A DNA stretch of 64,000 nucleotides from a virus (taxonomy: Duplodnaviria; Caudoviricetes): IMG/VR virus record IMGVR_UViG_2974630753_000001, positions 5,661 to 69,660 of that record; one strand, 5' to 3'. Under the pieces are notes generated by a model. The model searched no databases. It was not told where the DNA came from and was given only the letters and a program-made list of their open reading frames with translations. Shown piece after piece: positions 45,169 to 53,596 of the stretch. Positions within the stretch are counted from its first letter, which is position 1. Each line of letters begins with the position of its first letter. The position numbers were made by a program, and so were the translations under genes.

Positions 45169-45453
45169 ATGAGTAGCGGCATTCAGGTAATCCTCCCAAT
45201 TGAAGTATTCGGGTCAGCGGAAAACCTTACGCCACAGGCAATTACGGAAGCGCTGACCAAAGCCAAAGAGAACACAGAGCAACTGTCCAAGAGCAAAGAA
45301 ACCATCAACTTGCTTTTGCGAATCATCAAAGAACAGGGGAACCGTTTAGAGAATATCGTTGAGGGTGGCCACTCTGGGATGGAGCAGGCTAAGAGAGTTC
45401 GTGAAATGATCAGAGACCTGAAAACCTTTGATATCAGGGAGGATTTGAAGTGA
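45169..45453 (+). CDS. Coiled-coil hypothetical protein
   Basis: ATG after AAGGG. Confidence 0.55.
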   Translation: MSSGIQVILPIEVFGSAENLTPQAITEALTKAKENTEQLSKSKETINLLLRIIKEQGNRLENIVEGGHSGMEQAKRVREMIRDLKTFDIREDLK

Positions 45454-45917
45454 CAGAAAATCGATACGTTGATAACAAGGGAACACTAACCTCTGAAGGT
45501 GAGGTTTCGGTAATGCAAGGTTTGGCCATCTTGAAAAATGCTGTAGCACTAAACAACTTTGAAAAAGGTTGGCGCACAATCGATGCTCCTCAACGTCCGG
45601 TTGCAGAGCTTGCCGCATTGCTTCATTCCGAAGTAACAGAGGCCTTCGAGTCGTACCGTGATCGAGAACCAATCTTGGCTTATGAGTACGATTTTGGGGA
45701 CGAAAAGGAAATCAGAAGCGAGCCAACCTATCTCGTTCCTGGCCACTCAACTCCCATGATTGGCAAGCCAATTGGCGAAGCTAGCGAGTTGGCTGACGTG
45801 ATCATTCGCGTGCTTGATTGGGCAGATGAGCGAGAGATTCCGCTTATCAAGGCCATCATTGAAAAGCACAAGTTCAATCAAACCCGCGCCTACCGTCACG
45901 GCAATAAGGCCTGCTGA
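45450..45917 (+). CDS. MazG-like nucleotide pyrophosphohydrolase
   Basis: LHSEVTEAFE...ELADVIIRVLD...KFNQTR. Confidence 0.85.
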   Translation: MTENRYVDNKGTLTSEGEVSVMQGLAILKNAVALNNFEKGWRTIDAPQRPVAELAALLHSEVTEAFESYRDREPILAYEYDFGDEKEIRSEPTYLVPGHSTPMIGKPIGEASELADVIIRVLDWADEREIPLIKAIIEKHKFNQTRAYRHGNKAC

Positions 45918-45947
45918 TCGCTAAGGTTACGGTTACAGGAGATTCAT

Positions 45948-46286
45948 ATGAAAGAGCGTATCAAGACCTTCCGATTCACTTGTGACGGTTGGTATTACAA
46001 CGAACATGGTGAAATTCAATATTGCATAGATGACCCTGTAACCGTAACCCTCACAGGCACCAAAGATGAGATAGAGAACGAACTTTCGACCCTTGGTTGG
46101 AAGACAGCCCATATGTTCTATAAAGACGTAGAGTACCTTTGTCCAAGAGAGCATTTCGAGGATACACAAAAGGATAAAAAGGTTCGATTCAATAAGCCAA
46201 ACGATCTTCCAAGGTACTCAGTCAAACTTAAACCGACAGAAGAACTTACAGATGACCAACAATTAGATAGGTTTTTTAATGGCTGA
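45948..46286 (+). CDS. Hypothetical protein
   Basis: RBS CAGGAG, 112 aa. Confidence 0.65.
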   Translation: MKERIKTFRFTCDGWYYNEHGEIQYCIDDPVTVTLTGTKDEIENELSTLGWKTAHMFYKDVEYLCPREHFEDTQKDKKVRFNKPNDLPRYSVKLKPTEELTDDQQLDRFFNG

Positions 46287-48081
46287 CAAAATGATGAGAT
46301 ACGTTGATATTCATGCACATTCAACGTTTTCGTACGGTGATGGGTACGCTCCCGTAGAGGAACACGTGGAAAGACTTGCAAAGCTTGGCCGCTCGCATGT
46401 CTGTCTCTCTGAGCATGGAAATGTTTCGTCATGGGCACAGCTTGAGAAGTCTGCTGAAAAGCATGATGTCACACCACTTTTCGCGATTGAGATTTACATT
46501 GCTCCACCTGGTGAGCGTCGCAAAAACCACATGATCTTGCTGGCCATGAGTGAGATTGGCCTACAGAACATCAATCGAATTGTTACCCAAAGCTGGAAGC
46601 AGTTCTATCAATTCCCTACGGTCTACTGGAAAGATTTGGTTCGCTGGAATGAAGGAATCATTGCCCTTAGCGGATGTGCCGATTCCCAACTCTCTTGTAT
46701 CTTGTTGGGTGGCAAGTCTTTCGGTGAAAAGAGGCTGGAACCCCGTGATGGGGACTTGGAACGTGCCATTAGGGGAGTACGAAAATTCCAAGAGGTTTTT
46801 GGTGACCGATATTTCTTGGAAGTTCAGCGATTTCCTAGGCTTGACCGTACTTGCGCTCTCAATCCGCTACTTGCCCAAATCTCAAGGGAGACAGGCGTTT
46901 CCCTTGCTGCAACAAGCGATAGTCACTATCCCTACCCTGACCAAAATGCGATGCAGAGGATTCTTCATGCGTCTCATCGCGGCGGGACTGTCGAAAGTGC
47001 AGATGCCTCATGGGAATACGACATTCTCCTGACCTACCCCGAATCAGACCTTGAGATCTACAGAGACCTTCGGCAGACAGGCCTTTCAAAAGAAGAGGCT
47101 AAATCAGCAATTGAAAATACCCAGATCATTGCAAATCGTTGCGACGTAAGACTTCCCAAGGCCAAGCTGCCGAAATTCATTGTCGACGGCAAGGTTCCAG
47201 AAAAGAGTGCGGAAGTTCTTCTGCAAGAAGCGATTACGCTTGGTTACAACTACAGGCTTCAATTCAACAAATACATGCAAGAGCACAAGTCAGAGTACAA
47301 AAAGAGAATCAAGCATGAGTACGAAGTCATCTGTGCCACAGAAGGTTTCGCTGATTACTTTCTCATGGTTGCAGATATCATCACTTGGGCCAAGTCTCAG
47401 GGTATTGCTGTCGGCCCAGGGCGGGGTAGCTCTGCTGGCTCTCTTGTTTGTTATCTTCTGGCCATCACAGAAATCGACTCTATGCAATTCCCAATGCTTT
47501 TCGAACGATTCCTTGACCCAACTCGAACTGACCCGCCGGATATTGATATTGACTTTGAGGATGATCGACGGGATGAGGTCTTCGAGTATGCGGCACAGAA
47601 GTACGGTGCGGAATGTGTTGCAAACATTGGTACCTTCACTCGTTACCGGGGCAAAAACTCTCTCGATGACATCGCTCGCGTTTACCGAATTCCCATGTGG
47701 AAGATTGATGCTGTAAAGGCAAAGTTGATCGAACGCGCCGAGGGCCACCCAAGATTCTTCAATACCCTTGAAGATACGTTCAATTCGTTTGAGGACATCA
47801 GAGAGTTGGTCAATGAGACTCCCGAATTGAACTATGCAGCAAAGCTTGAGGGGAACATCCGTGGCTTTGGCGTTCATGCGGCGGGGATGGTCATATCTTC
47901 TGTTCCCCTTGATAATGTCTCGGCAACCTACCAGCGAGAAATCGGTGGAAGATTAGGTAGCGCAATAGCTTTCGATAAAAAAGATGCCGCATACCTTGGG
48001 CTACTGAAGATCGACGCTTTGAGTCTTCAGACCATGGGTATGATTTCGAAGGTGTGCGAATTGACAAGGCAGGGAAAATGA
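46279..48081 (+). CDS. dnaE: DNA polymerase III alpha subunit, N-terminal part (PHP domain and palm)
   Basis: IHAHSTFSYGDG, GRGSSAGSLVCY, PDIDID, GVHAAG, LLKID. Confidence 0.92.
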   Translation: MADKMMRYVDIHAHSTFSYGDGYAPVEEHVERLAKLGRSHVCLSEHGNVSSWAQLEKSAEKHDVTPLFAIEIYIAPPGERRKNHMILLAMSEIGLQNINRIVTQSWKQFYQFPTVYWKDLVRWNEGIIALSGCADSQLSCILLGGKSFGEKRLEPRDGDLERAIRGVRKFQEVFGDRYFLEVQRFPRLDRTCALNPLLAQISRETGVSLAATSDSHYPYPDQNAMQRILHASHRGGTVESADASWEYDILLTYPESDLEIYRDLRQTGLSKEEAKSAIENTQIIANRCDVRLPKAKLPKFIVDGKVPEKSAEVLLQEAITLGYNYRLQFNKYMQEHKSEYKKRIKHEYEVICATEGFADYFLMVADIITWAKSQGIAVGPGRGSSAGSLVCYLLAITEIDSMQFPMLFERFLDPTRTDPPDIDIDFEDDRRDEVFEYAAQKYGAECVANIGTFTRYRGKNSLDDIARVYRIPMWKIDAVKAKLIERAEGHPRFFNTLEDTFNSFEDIRELVNETPELNYAAKLEGNIRGFGVHAAGMVISSVPLDNVSATYQREIGGRLGSAIAFDKKDAAYLGLLKIDALSLQTMGMISKVCELTRQGK

Positions 48082-49469
48082 CCGGCGTAACTCTGGAAGA
48101 GCTATATAGGATTCCACTTGATGATGAACCGGTTTTCGATGCCTTCCGAAAAGGGGATGTTCTAGGCATCTTTCAGTTCGAGGGCAACACCACTCGAAGA
48201 ATCCTAAAGGCTGTTCAGCCAACAACTTTCATGCATCTTGCGGATGTCAACGCTTTGTCTCGACCGGGAGCTGACGACAAGGCCTACATCCAAAATAAGA
48301 ATTCTGGCGAAGAACTTGAATACCCGCATGAAATCATGCGAGAGCATCTGTCTTGGACCTATGGCGTTGTGGTCTACGAAGAACAGATTTTGATGATTCT
48401 TCGTGACTTGGGTGGCTTTGCTCCCGAAGAGCTTAACCGTATGCGTAAGATCATTCATGACAAACTAGGGAGCACTGCTTTCAATGAGAATTTCAAACGC
48501 TTTGTCAAAGGTGCTACCGGACATGGACTTTCGGAAGATGCCGCCGAATCGATATGGAACGGTTTGGTTAGTGCGAGTGGTTACGCCTTCAACATTGCTC
48601 ACTCCGTCAGTTACGCTCACATTGGCTATTGGCAAATGTGGCTTAAAATCCATTATCCCGCAGAGTTTTTCACGGGGCAGCTTCTCAAATGCTCCGACGA
48701 TGTCCGGCGGGGCAAACTGATTCAAGAGGCCGAACGACATGGCATCAAGGTCAGTCCACCGAAAATCCTTGTCTCTAAACAAAATTGGTCTTTGGTTCGC
48801 GATGGTGGTCAGGATGAGATTGTTGCCGGGTTTGAGGCTATCCCTGGCATTGGTCCGAAAACCTCTGTTAACATCATCAATTGGGTAAACGAATCGATTG
48901 GCGCTGGTCATGCTGATGAACTCGATTGGACAGACCTTAAGCAAGTCAAAGGGATTGGCCCCAAAACCATCAAGACCATTGTGGATTTCTGCGAGAAAGA
49001 TGACCCGTTTGAAGTTCATGAGGTACAGAGGGTTTTGGATATGTATCGTCAAAGCTTCAAACTTGGTGAAATACAAGGGGTTCCGTTACCTACCCATATC
49101 AGCCTAGACATCCCACCGGAACGAGAGATGGTCTGCTACATGGGGATTGCTCGCGGTAAGAAATACTATGACGCAGTAGAGCAATTGCAAAAACGAACCT
49201 CTGGGGACTTGAGTTACGAAGAGGCCCTTGAACAACTAGATGATCCTCATTTGGTGAAGTATGTAGCTATTGATGTGGAGGATGAGTATGGAGAGACCGT
49301 AAGAGTTCGCGTAAGTCGTTGGAAATACCCACAATTCCAGAACTTGATTAACTCAATCAAGGTAAACCGAGATGTTGTTGTGGTTAGGGGATTTTCAAGT
49401 GACTTTGGTGGAATCTCAATCCAGGCAAAGGATTTGGCCGTACTAAATCCCAAGGCAGATCAATCGTAG
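48078..49469 (+). CDS. dnaE: DNA polymerase III alpha subunit, C-terminal part (fingers, HhH, OB)
   Basis: GIFQFEG, GVVVYEEQIL, YAFNIAHSVSY, IPGIGPK. Own ATG at 48078 overlapping the upstream TGA. Confidence 0.9.
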   Translation: MTGVTLEELYRIPLDDEPVFDAFRKGDVLGIFQFEGNTTRRILKAVQPTTFMHLADVNALSRPGADDKAYIQNKNSGEELEYPHEIMREHLSWTYGVVVYEEQILMILRDLGGFAPEELNRMRKIIHDKLGSTAFNENFKRFVKGATGHGLSEDAAESIWNGLVSASGYAFNIAHSVSYAHIGYWQMWLKIHYPAEFFTGQLLKCSDDVRRGKLIQEAERHGIKVSPPKILVSKQNWSLVRDGGQDEIVAGFEAIPGIGPKTSVNIINWVNESIGAGHADELDWTDLKQVKGIGPKTIKTIVDFCEKDDPFEVHEVQRVLDMYRQSFKLGEIQGVPLPTHISLDIPPEREMVCYMGIARGKKYYDAVEQLQKRTSGDLSYEEALEQLDDPHLVKYVAIDVEDEYGETVRVRVSRWKYPQFQNLINSIKVNRDVVVVRGFSSDFGGISIQAKDLAVLNPKADQS

Positions 49470-49479
49470 GGGCAAGGAA

Positions 49480-49989
49480 ATGGGCAAGAAAAAGAAAAAG
49501 GCAAGTCCGAATCGTCATGTGATTCAAAGCCAGAACTCAAAGAAACAGTATGGCTCTGATCCACAGGAGATTTTGAAGCAACAGGATTCAGTGAGGAGAT
49601 TAGCAACCATGATGCAGGTCATGAGTGCCCCGCCTGAGCCCATCTTGAGTTTGCTTGAAAGACTTGGGATTCTGTTTGAGGTTGTTGAAAACGTTCCTGG
49701 TGACCCATCGCTAAACACATTGGTAATCAAAATGTCTGACCTTGAGGCAGGGGAAGAACGAAATCAGGCCGAAGGGTCATTGCTGGCACGGATGTACGGG
49801 AAAGATGACCCTGCCGCATCAATCCAGCAGAAACCGTCCACTGGTGGCCAGTTGCCCTCGAATGTGGATGTCGCAGAGCGTGTTTCGAAGCTGCTGGCTA
49901 GTAAGGGGGTGGCCAGACCGGCACAGAGGCCAAATCTGCAAGAGCTTTTGAATCAGGCAAAGAACGAAAACGGACAAAAGGAGAGCTAG
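49480..49989 (+). CDS. Hypothetical protein
   Basis: 169 aa; RBS AAGGA. Confidence 0.65.
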   Translation: MGKKKKKASPNRHVIQSQNSKKQYGSDPQEILKQQDSVRRLATMMQVMSAPPEPILSLLERLGILFEVVENVPGDPSLNTLVIKMSDLEAGEERNQAEGSLLARMYGKDDPAASIQQKPSTGGQLPSNVDVAERVSKLLASKGVARPAQRPNLQELLNQAKNENGQKES

Positions 49990-49992
49990 GAT

Positions 49993-50193
49993 ATGTACAA
50001 GTGCAGCGCGTGCGGTCACTCCATCGGAGCAATGCTTGATGGTCAGGGTCGACCTGTAAGTTTCAAGTGCCACAGGACAAATCGAATCGCAACCCAGGTT
50101 CCACTGATGCTGCCGAAACGCAGCACTCCGAAGCCAAGCCGAGAATTTATCAATGAGGCCAAGGGTTTCCTGGCGAAGCGTAGGGATAAGTAA
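49993..50193 (+). CDS. Zn-ribbon hypothetical protein
   Basis: CSACGH...KCH. Confidence 0.6.
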   Translation: MYKCSACGHSIGAMLDGQGRPVSFKCHRTNRIATQVPLMLPKRSTPKPSREFINEAKGFLAKRRDK

Positions 50194-50354
50194 TGAAGCG
50201 AAATGTGTTGATTCTCTTGGGCTTTACATGGATGGGCTTCCTGATTTGGCTTTCATTCCGAAATTGGCACGCGGCAGTGTTCATCCTGTTGTTTCAAATC
50301 TCTTTGAACACAGGGCAAATGAACTCTTCTCTCAAGAATTGGTGGAAACTATGA
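50193..50354 (+). CDS. Small two-TM membrane protein
   Basis: 53 aa read by hand; TAATG and ATGA overlaps on both sides. Confidence 0.5.
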   Translation: MKRNVLILLGFTWMGFLIWLSFRNWHAAVFILLFQISLNTGQMNSSLKNWWKL

Positions 50355-50638
50355 TGGATAAGCCAGGCGTGACTCTCATTGTCACCAAAGACAATCCGTT
50401 GTTCAAACAAATCCTGACTGCCCTTGGTAACCTTGAGGAAAAAGATGGCCAGCTTATCTTTACGAAGTTCATTGGTATTCCACGTGTTCCAAGAGCAAAA
50501 ATGACCATTCAGATTGAAGATGGAGAACCTGTCACTTACGTATTTGATCATAATGATGGAGCTTCGTTGAGTACAGATTATGGGCTAATGATCGAAAGTC
50601 ATTGGGGGACAAGCGATGCCATCCATCGACGCATCTAA
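50351..50638 (+). CDS. Hypothetical protein
   Basis: ATGA-coupled start. Confidence 0.55.
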   Translation: MMDKPGVTLIVTKDNPLFKQILTALGNLEEKDGQLIFTKFIGIPRVPRAKMTIQIEDGEPVTYVFDHNDGASLSTDYGLMIESHWGTSDAIHRRI

Positions 50639-50879
50639 GACTCTAAAAACCTCACACGGTGGATATGCCGGAAGGTCACTAATCGAACGCATTCAGCAAC
50701 AGATGGACAAGCGACGAAACAAGATGGAAGACAGCTTCGTTGAGTATGGCCCTGACTCAAAGCAATACTTGCTGAACAAGGGCCGATATGAAGGTTTTGC
50801 GGCCACTCTTGCAATTCTTCGTAGTTCGTCGCTTGAGCATGAAGTCCAGTGCAGCAACGAGAGGTTGGGGATTGAATGA
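50616..50879 (+). CDS. Hypothetical protein
   Basis: 87 aa ORF. Confidence 0.6.
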   Translation: MPSIDASKTLKTSHGGYAGRSLIERIQQQMDKRRNKMEDSFVEYGPDSKQYLLNKGRYEGFAATLAILRSSSLEHEVQCSNERLGIE

Positions 50880-51487
50880 AAGAGGGAAAGTATGCGCCGA
50901 AAGGTGTTGTCTTGACGGCTGATCCTCCAAAAGTCCCTATTTTCAAGATATCTCGGGACAACCTTTCAATGATCGCACTGGACCCAGGCGGGGTAACCGG
51001 TTGGTCACACATCATCTTTCCAGCGAAAGTTGGTGGGGTAGATATCTTTTCGCTACCGATAGAGGTACTGCTGAAAAACAAGATTCAATGGTTACATGGT
51101 CAAGTCGATTGCCGGATGGACGAAGACCTTGGGGTTCACATCTTGCGAAAGTGCTTGTTCTCCCACAAGTGGCACAGCGCAATCGTTTTCGAGGATTTCC
51201 AATTGCGAACTCTCGCAGCAGATTTGAGCCCGGTAACTATCACGGCCAAGCTTGAGCATCACCTTTGGTTGCAAGGTCGGAGAATCAACTACAAGCAAAT
51301 GCCTTCCATGGCAAAGAGAATGAGCAATGAACGTCTTGAAGGTCTTGAGGTCTATACGTCTCGTGGAGGAATGCAACATGCGAGAGATGCTGACCGACAC
51401 ATCATCATGACAATTCGTCGCTGCATGGAAGGTGGCGAAAAAGGCCGAACAATGAAGAGAAAGCTGTGGCCGCATGTCTACAAATGA
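50876..51487 (+). CDS. RuvC-like Holliday junction resolvase
   Basis: ALDPGGVTGWS, IVFEDF, HARDA acidic motif pattern. Confidence 0.75.
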   Translation: MKEGKYAPKGVVLTADPPKVPIFKISRDNLSMIALDPGGVTGWSHIIFPAKVGGVDIFSLPIEVLLKNKIQWLHGQVDCRMDEDLGVHILRKCLFSHKWHSAIVFEDFQLRTLAADLSPVTITAKLEHHLWLQGRRINYKQMPSMAKRMSNERLEGLEVYTSRGGMQHARDADRHIIMTIRRCMEGGEKGRTMKRKLWPHVYK

Positions 51488-51627
51488 TGGGGAGGCAATT
51501 GTCACTCGTCTTCTGTTGGGAGGCAATGACTTTGAGCTAGCAGAAACCCCAAAAGGATTACTCATCCCAAGGATCAATGGCATGGACCTATCCGCAAGCG
51601 AGGTTAAAGACTTGAAAGAAGCTCTCA

Positions 51628-51903
51628 ATGTCCTACCCGATTAACCAAGGGCCGAAAGATGAAGCCATTCGCGTTGGGTGCGAAAAAGGTTTCAAGGATT
51701 TCGTTGAGGACTACAAAAATCAGATGGGCATGTCCTCCCTTAGTTCTGCTGTTCGAAGGTTGGCATTGATCGGTGCCTACTGTGAAGCGCAGCACGGAAA
51801 CGCAAGTATGCCAGCAAGTTTCGACAATCTAGTGATTCCAGGAGGTCGCAAGACAAAGGGGGACGTAGGAAACCCAGACGAATACAGTTGGGGAGAAGAG
51901 TGA
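51628..51903 (+). CDS. Ribbon-helix-helix-like protein
   Basis: IRVGC...FVEDYK...SLSSAVRRLA pattern. Confidence 0.5.
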   Translation: MSYPINQGPKDEAIRVGCEKGFKDFVEDYKNQMGMSSLSSAVRRLALIGAYCEAQHGNASMPASFDNLVIPGGRKTKGDVGNPDEYSWGEE

Positions 51904-51933
51904 TCATTAACGAATCGAAAGGTAAGTGACACC

Positions 51934-52122
51934 ATGGCAATTCAGGTTGTGTGCGATGACTGCAAGCGAGTTCTTCGGGATAGCGAAGATGCCACCGGAG
52001 CAGAGCCCGAACCTCAAGGGACGCTTCAGCTTACATTCAACGGCAAGACTCTGTTTCATATGGATCTCTGTCCTCGTTGCTCGCGAAAATACCTGAAAAA
52101 GCTTCAGGAACCCCACGAGTAA
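51934..52122 (+). CDS. Zn-binding hypothetical protein
   Basis: CDDC...DLCPRC. Confidence 0.65.
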   Translation: MAIQVVCDDCKRVLRDSEDATGAEPEPQGTLQLTFNGKTLFHMDLCPRCSRKYLKKLQEPHE

Positions 52123-52125
52123 GTC

Positions 52126-52434
52126 ATGGCCACTAGGTCAAAGTCCTTTGAGGCTAAGTACCCTGGTAAATGCGCAATGGCTAGCTGTCGCAAGCCAATT
52201 CACAAAGGTGACATGGTTCTCTATGTGAATGATCGCATAGCTCACGAAAGTTGCTGTCCGATAGGGGGTTTGGGTCCATACGATTCAACTCCCGATCTGC
52301 CGGGAGACTGGCACGGAGATACCGATTACGAAATCACAAGGGTCGAAGGTGATTACATCGTGACGGGTCGAAGAAATCACGAAAAACCTTGCAAGAAATG
52401 CTTTCTCATACATGCAGGAGAAGAATGCCCATGA
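52126..52434 (+). CDS. Cys/His-rich hypothetical protein
   Basis: AKYPGKC...HESC...CKKCFLIH. Confidence 0.65.
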   Translation: MATRSKSFEAKYPGKCAMASCRKPIHKGDMVLYVNDRIAHESCCPIGGLGPYDSTPDLPGDWHGDTDYEITRVEGDYIVTGRRNHEKPCKKCFLIHAGEECP

Positions 52435-52576
52435 TCAAACAAACAGATCACAGCAAAGAGTGGTTTCAGGCTACGGTTACCTTCGGCAATTTTAGCAGTG
52501 AGGTTGAGGCCAATAGCTTCATGAATGAATTCCGAAGAAATAACGCACATTTCATTACGTCAGAGGTGAAAGGATC

Positions 52577-52918
52577 ATGGCGTCCATGAAACACTTTGTT
52601 TTCTACGAAGCACAGAGGTCAGCCCAAATCGTGAAAAAGCTTGCAGAGCTTGGTGTTCGATCACTTCATAAATTCAAGTGGGAGTGGTCCGTTGTCTACG
52701 ATAAGTTCGATGGCGACTGGTGGCCAGAACGTCAAGTATTTCAATCTCGAAGGGGCGCAAGGCAGTTCAAATCCAACCTCTTGATGGATGCAGACCCATT
52801 CATCGCCCGAAGGCACGTTCGCAACGTCAGGATACAAAGACGTTTGGTTTCTGTTGAATGGCAAGACTATTCGGATACATTCAGCTACAACGAGAAGGGC
52901 AATGGCAATGGACGCTAG
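52577..52918 (+). CDS. Hypothetical protein
   Basis: RBS AAAGGA. Confidence 0.6.
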   Translation: MASMKHFVFYEAQRSAQIVKKLAELGVRSLHKFKWEWSVVYDKFDGDWWPERQVFQSRRGARQFKSNLLMDADPFIARRHVRNVRIQRRLVSVEWQDYSDTFSYNEKGNGNGR

Positions 52919-53596
52919 AGCAAGGGGATACCTTCAAGCTGCACATCAAGCGTTGGGTCTGGCAAATCAACGTTTGGACAATCGACCCGCGCTCACGAAG
53001 ATCATTCATGACCTAGAGGATTTCATGAATCCTGTTGAGGCAGAAGATGAATGAACCGGTTCGTCGCTTTGAGGCCATCAATGATCTTTTGGGCTTTGCC
53101 GATAGCCTATCGGATGAGGTTGCAACCTCTTTGGCACAACGTGACAAAATTGTCCTAGAGGCAATAGATGCCTTGAAAGCCTTGGGCATAAGTGGCCAAG
53201 AGATACAGCAAGCCCAGCAGTACAAAAAGGCTCAAATCAGAGCGTCCATCAAAAAGAGGGGTTGAATCATGTTGTGGTGCCCCGTCTCCCACATCTTGTG
53301 GCCGCTACGGCGGGGTACCACAACACCTATTGCGAGTGCCTGTCGCGCTGGTCAGCGCACGTTTCCAGGCGTAGGGTGGTCCAGACCCGCGCGCGGAAGT
53401 CGATGCCGCACAGGCGATTTCAGAGCCACAAATGAGGGTCGAAAATGGATGGTTCCAAAGCAATTTCGATGATGGTCATCGTTGCAATGGATTGTGAAGA
53501 GTGCGAACGAAATATGCCCATTGGGAGCGAGTGTCAAATCGCTGGCCCAAGTGACATCAGGATGGTTTGTATGAATTGCTTTGAAAGGCTGAATAG

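Noticed and set aside
48054-48090. Split intein or sequencing frameshift in dnaE
   Set aside because: No Cys/Ser-start or His-Asn-end intein blocks are present. The 17-nt insert carries a plausible RBS and ATGA coupling, unlike a random indel.
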